NCBI GenBank assembly: GCA_965267575.1
Contig: OZ254086.1
Span: 4,192,001 to 4,256,000 of the forward strand
Origin: Calditrichales bacterium
Lineage (GTDB): Bacteria; Calditrichota; Calditrichia; Calditrichales; J004
DNA: 64,000 bases
Reading direction: 5' to 3'
The notes under the pieces were generated by a model. It was not told where the DNA came from. It did no database searches and was given only the letters and a program-made list of their open reading frames with translations. A program made the translations under genes and the position numbers. Of this stretch, positions 29,166 through 39,412 are shown piece after piece. Numbering within the stretch: the first letter of the stretch is position 1; the number at the start of each line of letters is the position of its first letter.

Positions 29166-31105
29166 AGCTTTTTATATAGATACCGTATCCACAAATACAT
29201 AGCCGAAGAAGGCAGAAAATCTCTCATCCCTGCCTGAATACTCTGTTCTTCATCAGAAACCACTTCCGGGAAATAGTCGATAATGCCATAATCGAGAAGA
29301 CGCGGAGACACATCAAGAAAAGTTTTTAATTTTTCCGCAAGGTCTTTGTCGTGCCCCATCCGCCGGTAAACCGCTTCCGCGAACAGCCCCATCGCCCACG
29401 GCCAGATCGCTCCATTAAAATATGCGGGCTTTTTGCGTGTTATCAGTTTCAGATCCGCGTTATCCGCTATTTTTTCCACGGCGCTTTTCAGACCATAAGG
29501 CGTATATAATTTCGCTGTAATCTGTTCCATCGCGTCTTGCGTTTCTTCCTGGTTCAACGGTGTAAAAGGCAGGCAAACCAGCAATATCTGGTTGATTCGA
29601 AAATCGTCGCCGGACGCGTTATGATTCACGAAATCCTTAAAACTACCCTTTTCGTTCTTGAACGTTTTTGCAAAAGATTTTTCAAATTTGGCACATTTAC
29701 GATCAAATTTTGTACTCCAGCGCTTCTTGCCCAGCACACCGGCAAAATGCGAAAGCACCTTTAATGCATTGTACCATAAAAGATTAATTTCCAGAAGCTT
29801 GCCGTAGCGCAGCACTTCGTTATGGCCGTTTTTTAAAGGTATCCAGCTCGTGCTTGCATTCTTACTGCCCGAAAATATCAGGCCATCCTTGTCGCAAAAA
29901 ATATTAAAAAGTGTACCTTTCTCATAAAACTCAAAAACGCTCTTCAGGGTATCATAGTGCTTCTCGACGAACTCCTTATCGTCGCTTTCTTCAAAATAGA
30001 GATAAGCCATGTGAATAAACCACAGGCTTAGATCGGCGGCACAATAGTGAAAATTAGGGCGCATTAGAGGCGAATAAACAGGCAAAAGACCTTCCTGCAA
30101 CTGCTCAGCCAATGTATCAAAAAGTTCTCTGAAAGTATCGTGTTTTTGCTGCGCCAGATAAAGGCCGGGCATGGAAAACAGTATATCGCGCGTGGAGCAG
30201 CCGTTCTCCAGCGTTGAGGTGCTTACAACCGGCTGACCATGAATTTGCGTTGTCGCGCTTTTTGTTGTTGAAACTATTCTCAGCGAGGCTGTCTGCGAAT
30301 TATCCCGCGTTAACGGACGCTTTTTGGCTTCTTGCCGGAAAAGTGCTTCGTAATTCAGGTTCTCAAAATCAAGTTCTGCGGTGGAGATATAGAGCGTAAG
30401 CGATTTGTAGGGCAAAAGCGTAGCCTGAAAAAATCCGGGATTAAACAAATGCTCAGCGGATACTTCGAAGCGCGCCCGGTCTTGCGGGTAATGAAAGTTT
30501 TTATACCACAAATTAGCCGCCACGAACTCACCGCGATTATAATAGACATAAACTTCCGGTAGTTGCGGCTTAAGAGCCCAGCGCACAAAATTCTGTCCCT
30601 GATAGCTGTCAGTGTTCAGCCCTTGCATTTCGCTGGTCAATTCCGTGCTGTAGCGATCCGCGATAAAGGGCTTAATTATAATATTGATTGGCAGTCCCTG
30701 ATTTTTCAACTCATAACGCACCACCATCAGCGGATAATCACTGGCCAAAAAGACCGTTTTCTCAATTATCCTGTTTTCAACTTCAAAAAGCAGCCGCGGA
30801 AACGGCTTCATTGTAAAAGACTGAATATAGTTATAGCCGGAAGGGAAAATCCCGCCCTCATAATTATTTGTGGATATTTCGTAAAGACGGTTCTCAATAA
30901 AAACGGACTCTTCAAATTTGGAAATAAGAACGACGCTTTTTTGGCGGGAATAGTCAGGAGCCACAAAAATACCGTGTTCCCTCCGTGTGTTCATACCTAC
31001 GCAGCTGCTGGCACCATAAACACCAAGGTTGTTTTTTTCAAGCCACTCAACCTCGGAAGACTTATCTATATTTTCGATAAACTCCTTATTTAATACCAAA
31101 TCCAT
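29162..31105 (-). CDS. Glycogen debranching enzyme (amylo-alpha-1,6-glucosidase)-like protein, divergent
   Basis: N-domain EWLEKNNLGVYGASS..NTRREHG; C-domain EINLLWYNAL, RINQ, TPYGL, NGAIWPW. Confidence 0.82.
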   Translation of the reverse strand: MDLVLNKEFIENIDKSSEVEWLEKNNLGVYGASSCVGMNTRREHGIFVAPDYSRQKSVVLISKFEESVFIENRLYEISTNNYEGGIFPSGYNYIQSFTMKPFPRLLFEVENRIIEKTVFLASDYPLMVVRYELKNQGLPINIIIKPFIADRYSTELTSEMQGLNTDSYQGQNFVRWALKPQLPEVYVYYNRGEFVAANLWYKNFHYPQDRARFEVSAEHLFNPGFFQATLLPYKSLTLYISTAELDFENLNYEALFRQEAKKRPLTRDNSQTASLRIVSTTKSATTQIHGQPVVSTSTLENGCSTRDILFSMPGLYLAQQKHDTFRELFDTLAEQLQEGLLPVYSPLMRPNFHYCAADLSLWFIHMAYLYFEESDDKEFVEKHYDTLKSVFEFYEKGTLFNIFCDKDGLIFSGSKNASTSWIPLKNGHNEVLRYGKLLEINLLWYNALKVLSHFAGVLGKKRWSTKFDRKCAKFEKSFAKTFKNEKGSFKDFVNHNASGDDFRINQILLVCLPFTPLNQEETQDAMEQITAKLYTPYGLKSAVEKIADNADLKLITRKKPAYFNGAIWPWAMGLFAEAVYRRMGHDKDLAEKLKTFLDVSPRLLDYGIIDYFPEVVSDEEQSIQAGMRDFLPSSAMYLWIRYLYKKL

Positions 31106-31226
31106 TGGCGCCCTTTTAACGCAGCTTTTTCAAAATGTTATGTTGGGGTTACGGAAGGATTTTGTGCTTCCCTGATCGAAGCGCAAAAATTTAATATTAA
31201 TTATTTACAGAAAAAAGCCAAATTGG

Positions 31227-31562
31227 TTAAAAGCTGTTTATGGCTTCATCTGAACTGTCGTAAATGTCAAATATCCGGTAGAGCCGGGTTAACTCAAACA
31301 TAGCTCTTACCGGTGGCTGCAAGCCGGCGATTTTAAGATCACCACTTTTCATGGTTGCCTTTTTCAGGCCTGCCACAAGTGCACCCAGGAAAGAACTGTC
31401 CACAAATTCGGAAGCGCTTAAATCAATAACGACGTTATTCATTCCATCATCAATCTTCTTAAGCAATTCTTCTTTCAATTGGCCGCTTATATCTACCGTA
31501 GCCCTTTTTTCTTCCACTTTTACAACCAGAACGTCGTTACTTTCCTCAAATTTGTAGCTCAT
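31227..31562 (-). CDS. STAS-domain anti-sigma factor antagonist
   Basis: IDLS..FVDSSFLG, FELTRL; 111 aa. Confidence 0.93.
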   Translation of the reverse strand: MSYKFEESNDVLVVKVEEKRATVDISGQLKEELLKKIDDGMNNVVIDLSASEFVDSSFLGALVAGLKKATMKSGDLKIAGLQPPVRAMFELTRLYRIFDIYDSSDEAINSF

Positions 31563-31636
31563 TCTTTTCCCCCTTAATTCTTTTTAAAAAAATCATTGCC
31601 ATATATTCGGAGTTCATGGACAAAAGTGAACATTTT

Positions 31637-32569
31637 TTATGTATTGTTGCCCATTTTCTGCTCTTGTGCCATCCGTGCCAGATAGTAAAGTGGATTCTCC
31701 GGCAGGCGGATATCAAATACCCTGTTAAAACGCTCCACAGAAGCCACAAAGCGCACAACTTCTTCGCTGCGGGCCGGTTCTACGTGGATTTCAAAATCTA
31801 CCTGACTGATATCTTTAAGCGCATGGGCCAGTTCAAAAAGTGTGGTTCCCTTTCCGCTGCCCACATTTACGGGCCCGCTTAGCAGCTCCCTGTTTTTGGC
31901 CGATTGTATTAATGCCTCGATTATGATTTCTATAGAAACGAAATCAATCACCTGTTTGCCGCCAAAAATGGTAAGGTCTTTACCTTGCCGGATATTTTCT
32001 AGAAAAATAGGTATCACCCGGTTAAAATCACGCTCGCCATAAACATTAGCAAAACGCAGGATCACTACTTCCATCGAACCGCGACCGGCAAAAACACGGC
32101 AATAGGTTTCTCCGGCAACTTTGCTGGCACCGTAGCTGTTTTTTGACATGAGCGGATGCTCTTCATCCACCGGGATATAGCGCGCTTCGCCATAGCTTTC
32201 CCGCGACGAGGTAAATATGAATCGCCTTACCTTTCTGTTTTCCGCAGCTTTCAAAGCGTTGTATGTGCCCAATACGTTGGTCTCGAAGGAATAATCAATA
32301 TCCGTGACAGCCCCCATAACATTGGATTGTGCGGCAAGATGATAAAAAAGATCAACGCCGTCGCCCAGCGCATCATAAAGCTGCCCGTAGTTACGAATAT
32401 CCCCTTCAATGAATCGAAAAGCTTTATTTTTCTGATGCTTGCTCAGGTTGGACTTTTTGCCCCTGAAAAGATTGTCAAAAACAGTAACATCGTAGCCGTC
32501 CAGCAAAAGGCGATCGACAAGATGGCTGCCAATAAACCCCGAGCCACCGCTGACAAATGCTTTCATCAA
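31637..32569 (-). CDS. NAD-dependent sugar epimerase/dehydratase (extended SDR)
   Basis: GGSGFIG, HLAA, YGASK, RFANVYG. Confidence 0.92.
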   Translation of the reverse strand: MMKAFVSGGSGFIGSHLVDRLLLDGYDVTVFDNLFRGKKSNLSKHQKNKAFRFIEGDIRNYGQLYDALGDGVDLFYHLAAQSNVMGAVTDIDYSFETNVLGTYNALKAAENRKVRRFIFTSSRESYGEARYIPVDEEHPLMSKNSYGASKVAGETYCRVFAGRGSMEVVILRFANVYGERDFNRVIPIFLENIRQGKDLTIFGGKQVIDFVSIEIIIEALIQSAKNRELLSGPVNVGSGKGTTLFELAHALKDISQVDFEIHVEPARSEEVVRFVASVERFNRVFDIRLPENPLYYLARMAQEQKMGNNT

Positions 32570-33594
32570 CTCCCTGCCCCGGCTATTTCCACTTCCGTGC
32601 CGGTCTCAGCGGATTTGTACAAAGCATCCAGAATCTCCAGCGCCTGACAGGCCTCTTCAGCGGTGGATGTATTCTCAAATTCACCGTTGATCACTTTATA
32701 AAAATGGCGAATCTCATTTTCATAGGCTTTTTTGAACTGGTCCACACCCATATCGCGGTGTAACGGCGAAACACTGACCAGGTTACCGTGCAACAAGCGG
32801 TTAATGCGCAGCGGGTTTAGCTTGGCCGTGCCGTTTCTGCCAAAGATATGCGTATATAAAGTATCTTTTTCAAGATAGAGCTGCCAGCTAACTTCGATGG
32901 TCATGGTAGCTCCGCTTTTTGTCTGCAATACTGCCAGAGCAGCATCTTCAACTTCCAACTCGGGATTGAGACTGTAATTAAAAGAACGCACCCGTGAAAT
33001 CTCGGGATAATCCGTAAGAAAAAGTGCCAGGTCTATCAGCGGCAACCCCATGTCCATCAGCACGCCGCCGCCGGCCGATTTTTTCTCGCCGTGCCAGTTT
33101 TTTACCGCGTGGCGGTCGTATTTACGCAGCCAGCCGGACTTAATGTAGAAAACCTCGCCCAGCTCCTCTTTTTGCAATAGCTCACGCAAAAGTCTTACAT
33201 CGGGCCTGAAGCGGTTGTGCATTCCCACCATCAGTTCTCGCTTGTTGGCTTTAGCGGTCTGCGCCAGTTTGCGGCCCTCTTCGGCCTTAAGAGCGAGGGG
33301 CTTTTCCACAAGCACATGTGCGCCCATATCCAAAGCCATCAGCGCCATGGGAAAATGATACAGGCTGGGCGTGCATATGTGCAGCGCATCGGGCTTCTCT
33401 TTCTTCAACATATTGTCAATAACGGAGTAAGCCCGTACGTTATCATACTTACTTGTCAGGTGAGATAACTTCGCCTTATCCGTATCACAAATCCCCACCA
33501 ATTCAACGTTATCCATCGACTGCAAAATGGGCAAATGAACAATCTGTGCTATAGAACCGGTTCCAACAACACATACACGAAGTTTTTCAGCCAT
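32566..33594 (-). CDS. Gfo/Idh/MocA-family oxidoreductase
   Basis: VVGTGSIA, HVLVEKP, GGGVLMDMG. Confidence 0.92.
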   Translation of the reverse strand: MAEKLRVCVVGTGSIAQIVHLPILQSMDNVELVGICDTDKAKLSHLTSKYDNVRAYSVIDNMLKKEKPDALHICTPSLYHFPMALMALDMGAHVLVEKPLALKAEEGRKLAQTAKANKRELMVGMHNRFRPDVRLLRELLQKEELGEVFYIKSGWLRKYDRHAVKNWHGEKKSAGGGVLMDMGLPLIDLALFLTDYPEISRVRSFNYSLNPELEVEDAALAVLQTKSGATMTIEVSWQLYLEKDTLYTHIFGRNGTAKLNPLRINRLLHGNLVSVSPLHRDMGVDQFKKAYENEIRHFYKVINGEFENTSTAEEACQALEILDALYKSAETGTEVEIAGAGS

Positions 33595-33597
33595 TTT

Positions 33598-34674
33598 CTA
33601 CTCCCTTACCGTTGCATCAAATCCGATTTCTTTCATGATCTTAACCGCCGTTTCTGCAAGGGAACGGTCGGCAAACGACAGGCGGAAAACGCCGCCTTCC
33701 TTTTCTCTTATCTTTAGCAACTCAATATCACGAATGTCGATATTTTTAGCAAACAATGCCTGAGAAATTTTTGCAATTACACCCACCTGGTCATCCACAT
33801 AAACAACCACATCACAGAGAGGATTTAGAAACCCCTTGCTTTTTTGGGGCATGCGCGCGCGGTAGCCGTGAGCTTTTTCAAAAACCGGGTTCATGTTTGA
33901 CAAATGGCTGCCGTACTTCTCCAGCTCCGCCGCAAACGCTTTTATCGCTTTTTGGAGATTGTCTTTATTGCTCGTGATGATATCCTGCCAGACAGCAGGT
34001 GAACTGGAAGCAATACGTGTCAGGTCACGAAAGCCGCCGGCGGCCAGTTCAAAAAAGGGATGTTCATCATCTTCCTTATTGCCCACGATATTTACCAGAG
34101 CCAGGGCGATCACCTGCGGTAAATGGCTGATATAAGCCATAATTTCATCATGGCGCGTCGCGTCCGTTAGAAACAGGCGTGCTTTTATTGTGGAAAGTAA
34201 ATCGGAAAGTTTTTTAAACGCGGGCAATTGTTTTTGTGCTTCGTCCGGGCAAAGCAGGTAAACGGCATTTTCATACATTAGCGGGTTTGCCGCGGCGATA
34301 CCGCTTTTCTCGGCGCCGGTCATGGGGTGTCCGCCGATGTACGTACCGCTGAATGAAACCGATCGCACCAGGTCGTGCAAGATTTTCTTGGTACTGCCCA
34401 AATCGCTGACCACAGTTGCGTCGTCAATAACGCCGTTTAGCTGAAGCAGCTGTTCGCGGATCACTTCTATCGGCGTGGCCAGAAAGATAATATCAGCGCC
34501 CTTGCATTCCTGCGGCCACTCTTTAATGTGGCCGTCAATAATATCTTTTCGCAGGGCCGTGGCCAGAACATCTTTTCTGTCAAAACCAAAAATGGACGCC
34601 TCTGCGGCCGACTCCTTAAGAGCCATGGCCAAAGAAGCGCCCATTACACCTAAACCGCTAATGATTATTTTCAT
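33598..34674 (-). CDS. tyrA: Prephenate/arogenate dehydrogenase with C-terminal ACT domain
   Basis: GLGVMG, DLGSTK, GGHPMTG.EKSG, HD...ISHLPQ, GFRDLTRIA. Confidence 0.92.
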   Translation of the reverse strand: MKIIISGLGVMGASLAMALKESAAEASIFGFDRKDVLATALRKDIIDGHIKEWPQECKGADIIFLATPIEVIREQLLQLNGVIDDATVVSDLGSTKKILHDLVRSVSFSGTYIGGHPMTGAEKSGIAAANPLMYENAVYLLCPDEAQKQLPAFKKLSDLLSTIKARLFLTDATRHDEIMAYISHLPQVIALALVNIVGNKEDDEHPFFELAAGGFRDLTRIASSSPAVWQDIITSNKDNLQKAIKAFAAELEKYGSHLSNMNPVFEKAHGYRARMPQKSKGFLNPLCDVVVYVDDQVGVIAKISQALFAKNIDIRDIELLKIREKEGGVFRLSFADRSLAETAVKIMKEIGFDATVRE

Positions 34675-35705
34675 TCATGTACAACTGGTTCTGCCACTTT
34701 CCTTCCGATTACCTGTGCGATAACGCGTATTTGCTTCATCAGTTCTTCAAACTGCTGTGGAAACAAAGATTGAGCGCCGTCGGACAAGGCCGCCTCAGGA
34801 TGATCATGTACCTCGATCATCAGACCGTGCGCGCCGGCTGCAACAGCAGCCCGCGCCATCGGGATCACCTTATCGCGAATACCCGTCCCATGCGAAGGGT
34901 CTGCAAATATGGGCAGGTGACTAAGCTTTTGCACAATTGGTATCGCGCTGATATCCATCGTGTTGCGCGTATATGTTTCAAAGGTTCGTATACCGCGTTC
35001 GCAAAAGATTACGTTTTGGTTACCACCGGAAAGAATGTATTCCGCGGACATAAGCCATTCATTAATAGTTGCGGAAATACCGCGCTTGAGCATCACCGCC
35101 CGATCGATTTTTCCCAGCGCTTTGATAAGGGTAAAATTCTGCATATTCCGGGCACCAATCTGAACGATATCAGCGTAATCGCAGATCAGCGGCAGCTGCT
35201 CTTTATCCATGGCTTCGGTTACAACCAGCATCCCGTACTTATCCGCCGCCTCGCGCAGGTAGCGCAGGCCTTTTTCGCCCAGGCCCTGGAAAGCGTAGGG
35301 AGACGTGCGCGGCTTAAATGCGCCGCCGCGTAAAATCTTGGCACCGGCAGACGCCGCGTGTCCGGCAATCCGCATAATCTGTTCCGGCGACTCCACCGAG
35401 CAGGGACCGGCCATGATCACGGTTTCACTGCCGCCTATCTCTACATCTTTAATCTTAATGACGGTATTGTCTTTTCTGAATTCGCGACTGACCAGCTTGT
35501 AGGGTGCGCTTATACGCTGCGCATCCGCAACGCCCTCCAGTACTTGTATGTCACGAACGTCCAGCCTGGCCGTATCACCCACAATGCCCAGCAGAACATG
35601 ATCCAGTCCATTGGAACGATGGATCGCAAAACCATCTTTTTCAAGATGTTCTATGATCGCGTCGATTTGTTGCTCTGACGCGTTCTTCTCCATCATGATT
35701 ACCAT
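34671..35705 (-). CDS. aroF: DAHP synthase (type I-beta, N-terminal regulatory domain)
   Basis: AGPCSVES, GGAFKPRTSPY, QIGARNMQN, CERGIRTFE, DPSHGTG. Confidence 0.95.
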   Translation of the reverse strand: MVIMMEKNASEQQIDAIIEHLEKDGFAIHRSNGLDHVLLGIVGDTARLDVRDIQVLEGVADAQRISAPYKLVSREFRKDNTVIKIKDVEIGGSETVIMAGPCSVESPEQIMRIAGHAASAGAKILRGGAFKPRTSPYAFQGLGEKGLRYLREAADKYGMLVVTEAMDKEQLPLICDYADIVQIGARNMQNFTLIKALGKIDRAVMLKRGISATINEWLMSAEYILSGGNQNVIFCERGIRTFETYTRNTMDISAIPIVQKLSHLPIFADPSHGTGIRDKVIPMARAAVAAGAHGLMIEVHDHPEAALSDGAQSLFPQQFEELMKQIRVIAQVIGRKVAEPVVHE

Positions 35706-35715
35706 GCTTAACCCC

Positions 35716-36135
35716 TTATCTTGATTTCCTGTCTAAATAACTTTGCAAAATATTAACAGCCGCCATCTGATCGATTATGTCCCGGTGGCGGCTTGCTTTT
35801 TTACCACTTTCCCGCAGCTGTATTTCAGCCATTTTTGTCGTCAGCCGCTCGTCTATTTCCAAAACCTCGATATCCAGTTCTTCTTTCAGCGCCAAAACAA
35901 TCTGCTTTATTTTTTCTGTTTGCTTAGACGCCGTCCCCTTAAGCGTTAGCGGCATGCCAACGACAAGAGCCCCTGCATTTCTTTCAGCAATCAGGCGCTT
36001 TATGTCGGCGACAAGCTGACTGGTATTTTTCCATTTTAATGTGGTTAGTGGATGAGCGAGCATTCCAAGAGCATCGCTAACGGCAACCCCTATACGAACC
36101 TGGCCGATATCAAGGGCCAGTATAATATTATTCAT
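35716..36135 (-). CDS. ruvX: RuvX/YqgF pre-16S rRNA nuclease
   Basis: ALDIG..RIGVAVSD, VVGMP, DERLTT, IDQMAA..ILQSYL. Confidence 0.93.
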   Translation of the reverse strand: MNNIILALDIGQVRIGVAVSDALGMLAHPLTTLKWKNTSQLVADIKRLIAERNAGALVVGMPLTLKGTASKQTEKIKQIVLALKEELDIEVLEIDERLTTKMAEIQLRESGKKASRHRDIIDQMAAVNILQSYLDRKSR

Positions 36136-36253
36136 TGGCTATATTTAATTTGTGCTATTTTTATTTTGGGAATGTGATAAAATCAATTTTTTGCAGTTAA
36201 ATTAAAGGAAAAAGCCTAATAAAGCTTACTTTTTTCAAGCAGATTATAGAATT

Positions 36254-36592
36254 CTATTCTTTATCCGAATCAGCCGGCACTTTTTTCAACTGATCCTTAA
36301 GGATCTTTCCGGCTTTGAAATGTGTCTTGCGGCGGGCCGGTACATATATAATCTCTCCGGTCCGGGGATTGCGTGCCTTGGGTTTGGGCTTTGTTTTCTT
36401 AACTTCAAAAACACCAAAATCTCTGATTTCAATTCTGATTTCAGGGTCTGCTTCGCTGAGGATTTTACGAAGAGCAGTAAATACAGCATCTACGAACTTT
36501 TCAGCAGTATATATCTTTATGCTTTCATCGTTATGGTCATTTAGTTCAAGCGCTGTCCGCTTGGCTACATCTTTCTTCGTCACAGTCCTCAT
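36254..36592 (-). CDS. HU/IHF-family DNA-binding protein
   Basis: IEIRDFGVF, ARNPRTGE, FKAGK. Confidence 0.93.
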   Translation of the reverse strand: MRTVTKKDVAKRTALELNDHNDESIKIYTAEKFVDAVFTALRKILSEADPEIRIEIRDFGVFEVKKTKPKPKARNPRTGEIIYVPARRKTHFKAGKILKDQLKKVPADSDKE

Positions 36593-36747
36593 ACGGTTTC
36601 CTCCGCAAAGCCCTTCTCGTTGAGAATTGAACGTTTAAAATAAGTTGCTGATCATGCCTAATCAAGATTTATATTCAATAATTCCAATACTTTATAGCAA
36701 AAATTTCAGACATGCACGATAAACAATCGGTAAACAGTAAACAACTC

Positions 36748-39405
36748 TTAAATTTTCTTACCGGCTTTTGAGCTATTATGCTCACTGTTCTTCATTTGTT
36801 TGAGTTCGCTGAGCTTCTGAAGCGCCTGAAGCGGCGTCAGGTTATTTATATCGATATCTTCAAGCTCTTTTTCTACTTTGCTTTCGCGTTGCGCGGCAAA
36901 CAGGCTCATTTGATTCGTGTCGACCTGGCGTCCGGGCCGTCGTTGCGCCAGCCGTGGCTTTTTTGTGGTGGGAGAAAGCTCGTTGGCTTCCAGGTTGGCC
37001 AGAATTTCCTTGGCACGCTCGATCAGTTCCGCCGGAAGCCCGGCAAGCTGAGCGACATATATCCCATAGGAATTGTCTGTGCCGCCGGGGACAATCTTAC
37101 GCAAAAAAACAACCTGATCGCCATACTCCTCTACAGCAACGTTATAGTTGTGGATTCGCGGAAACAGCATCGCCAGCTCGGTCAGCTCGTGGTAATGCGT
37201 TGCAAACAGCGTTTTTGATTTCAGGTGCGGTGTGGAGTGAATGTACTCTGCGACCGACCAGGCAATGGAGAGACCGTCAAAAGTGCTTGTACCACGGCCT
37301 ATCTCATCCAGCAGAATAAGGCTCCTGTCGGTAGCATTGTTCAGGATATTGGCTGTTTCGTTCATTTCCACCAGAAACGTGCTTTCGCCCAAAGCAAGAT
37401 TGTCGGAAGCACCGACGCGCGTAAATATGCGGTCCACAATACCAATCCCGGCTTCGTCGGCAGGCACGTACGAACCGATCTGTGCCATCAGGACAATCAA
37501 CCCGACCTGGCGCAAAAAGGTAGATTTACCCGCCATATTAGGTCCGGTGATGATCCAGATCTGCTGATCTTTTGTATCGAGCATGCAGTCGTTGGCAATG
37601 AAATCTTCGCCCGGCGGCAGGTTTTTTTCCACCACCGGGTGGCGCCCCTGCCTGATAATGAGCTTCTCGCCATCGGCAATTTTGGGTTTGTGATAATTGT
37701 TTTCCACCGCGGCCTGCGCCAGGCTCTGCAGGCAATCCAGATAGGCAACCTGGCGGCTGTTTTCCTGTATTTCGCGGGTAAAAGCACCGACCTTTTCGCG
37801 CAGTCCCTGGAAAAGCTCATACTCCAGGCTTTTGATTTTGTCTTCGGCGCCAAGAATTTTATCTTCCCACTCTTTCAGTTCAGGCGTGATGTAACGCTCG
37901 GCGTTTACAAGTGTCTGCTTGCGGATGTAATCATCCGGCACCTTCTCTTTGTGTACATTTGTCACTTCCAGGTAGTAGCCGAACACTTTATTAAAATTCA
38001 CCTTCAGTGAAGTGATGCCTGTTTTTTCGCGCTCTTTGCGCTGGTATTGCAAAAGCCAGTCCTTGCCTTTTTCGGAGATGCTTTTTAATTCATCCAATTC
38101 TTTGTTATAGCCTTTTTTAATCAGGTTGCCTTCCTGCAGTGTTTGCGGTGGATTGTCAACGATCGCCAATCCAATCTCCTTTTCCACCCCGGAGAGGTCA
38201 AAAAAGCCCTTGGCAAGTTTCTCAAGCGCTTTTTCCTTGCTCTCCCGCAGCGCTTTCTGCAGCGGCTTTAACACGCCCACGCTGTTTTTCAACTGGACCA
38301 TATCCCGCCCGTTGGCGCGGCCTGTCGCTATGCGTCCCAGCAGGCGTTCCATATCGAACACGCCGCCCAGCAAATTGACCAATTCTTTTAGCAGAGAATC
38401 TCGCGAAACCAGGGCGCTCACAACCGCCTGGCGTTCGAGGATTTCTTTTTTATCCAGCAGCGGGTGCTGCAGCCACACCTTGAGCAGCCTTCCGCCCATG
38501 GGCGTGGACGTATTGTCCAGGACATTCAACAAGGTATAGCGGTTATCATCGGCAAAGGAATGGGCGATTTCCAGGTTGCGCCGCGTGCTTTCGTCCAGCA
38601 CCATGTAGCGGGACAGGTTAACCGCCTGCAGTGATACAAAATGCTCCAGCCGCGCCTTGTAATTTTCCGTGATATACTGAATCACCGCTCCGGCGGCGCT
38701 GATCCCGTGCTCCATATCATCCACGCCGTAGCCTTTTAGCGAATGCGATTTAAAGTGACTCAACAACACATCGTAGGCATACTCGCGGTTAAAAATCCAA
38801 TTTTCACGTTTGGTGATAATGGCATTGAGGCGTCTGCCGCACAGTTTTTCCAGTTCATCAAAATGTTTTTCGGAAATAAGCACTTCGCGCGGTTGATAGC
38901 GCAGAATGTTGTCAGCCAGCTGTGTTGTGGGAAATTCGGAAGTCCAGAATGTGCCGGTGGAAACATCGGCCACGGCCATACCGCAATTTTTTTGATCGTA
39001 GTAAACGGCGATCAGAAAATTGTTGGCTTTACTGTCCAGCAGTTTGTCGCTCAGCGTGGCACCCGGTGTGGCGATTTCCACCACTTCCCTTTTGACCACG
39101 CCCTTAGCCAGCTTGGGATCTTCCACCTGTTCACAGATGGCGACCCGGATACCGGCTTTCAGCAATTTGGGCAGATAATTGTCCAGGGCATGATAAGGAA
39201 ACCCGGCCAGCGGCACGTCGGCGGTTTTGCCGTGGGCGCGTTTGGTGAGCGCAATGCCCAGCACGCGTGCAATGGTCTTGGCATCTTCGTAAAAGGTTTC
39301 GTAAAAATCACCCATGCGGTAAAGCAGCAAAACATCTTTATACTCCGCCTTGATGTTGAGGTACTGCTCCATCAGCGGTGTGGTTTTTTGCTTTTTGGCA
39401 GCCAT
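36748..39405 (-). CDS. mutS: DNA mismatch repair protein MutS
   Basis: TPLMEQY, GDFYETF, TGPNMAGKST, DEIGRGTST, FATHYHEL. Confidence 0.98.
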   Translation of the reverse strand: MAAKKQKTTPLMEQYLNIKAEYKDVLLLYRMGDFYETFYEDAKTIARVLGIALTKRAHGKTADVPLAGFPYHALDNYLPKLLKAGIRVAICEQVEDPKLAKGVVKREVVEIATPGATLSDKLLDSKANNFLIAVYYDQKNCGMAVADVSTGTFWTSEFPTTQLADNILRYQPREVLISEKHFDELEKLCGRRLNAIITKRENWIFNREYAYDVLLSHFKSHSLKGYGVDDMEHGISAAGAVIQYITENYKARLEHFVSLQAVNLSRYMVLDESTRRNLEIAHSFADDNRYTLLNVLDNTSTPMGGRLLKVWLQHPLLDKKEILERQAVVSALVSRDSLLKELVNLLGGVFDMERLLGRIATGRANGRDMVQLKNSVGVLKPLQKALRESKEKALEKLAKGFFDLSGVEKEIGLAIVDNPPQTLQEGNLIKKGYNKELDELKSISEKGKDWLLQYQRKEREKTGITSLKVNFNKVFGYYLEVTNVHKEKVPDDYIRKQTLVNAERYITPELKEWEDKILGAEDKIKSLEYELFQGLREKVGAFTREIQENSRQVAYLDCLQSLAQAAVENNYHKPKIADGEKLIIRQGRHPVVEKNLPPGEDFIANDCMLDTKDQQIWIITGPNMAGKSTFLRQVGLIVLMAQIGSYVPADEAGIGIVDRIFTRVGASDNLALGESTFLVEMNETANILNNATDRSLILLDEIGRGTSTFDGLSIAWSVAEYIHSTPHLKSKTLFATHYHELTELAMLFPRIHNYNVAVEEYGDQVVFLRKIVPGGTDNSYGIYVAQLAGLPAELIERAKEILANLEANELSPTTKKPRLAQRRPGRQVDTNQMSLFAAQRESKVEKELEDIDINNLTPLQALQKLSELKQMKNSEHNSSKAGKKI

Positions 39406-39412
39406 ATAATCG

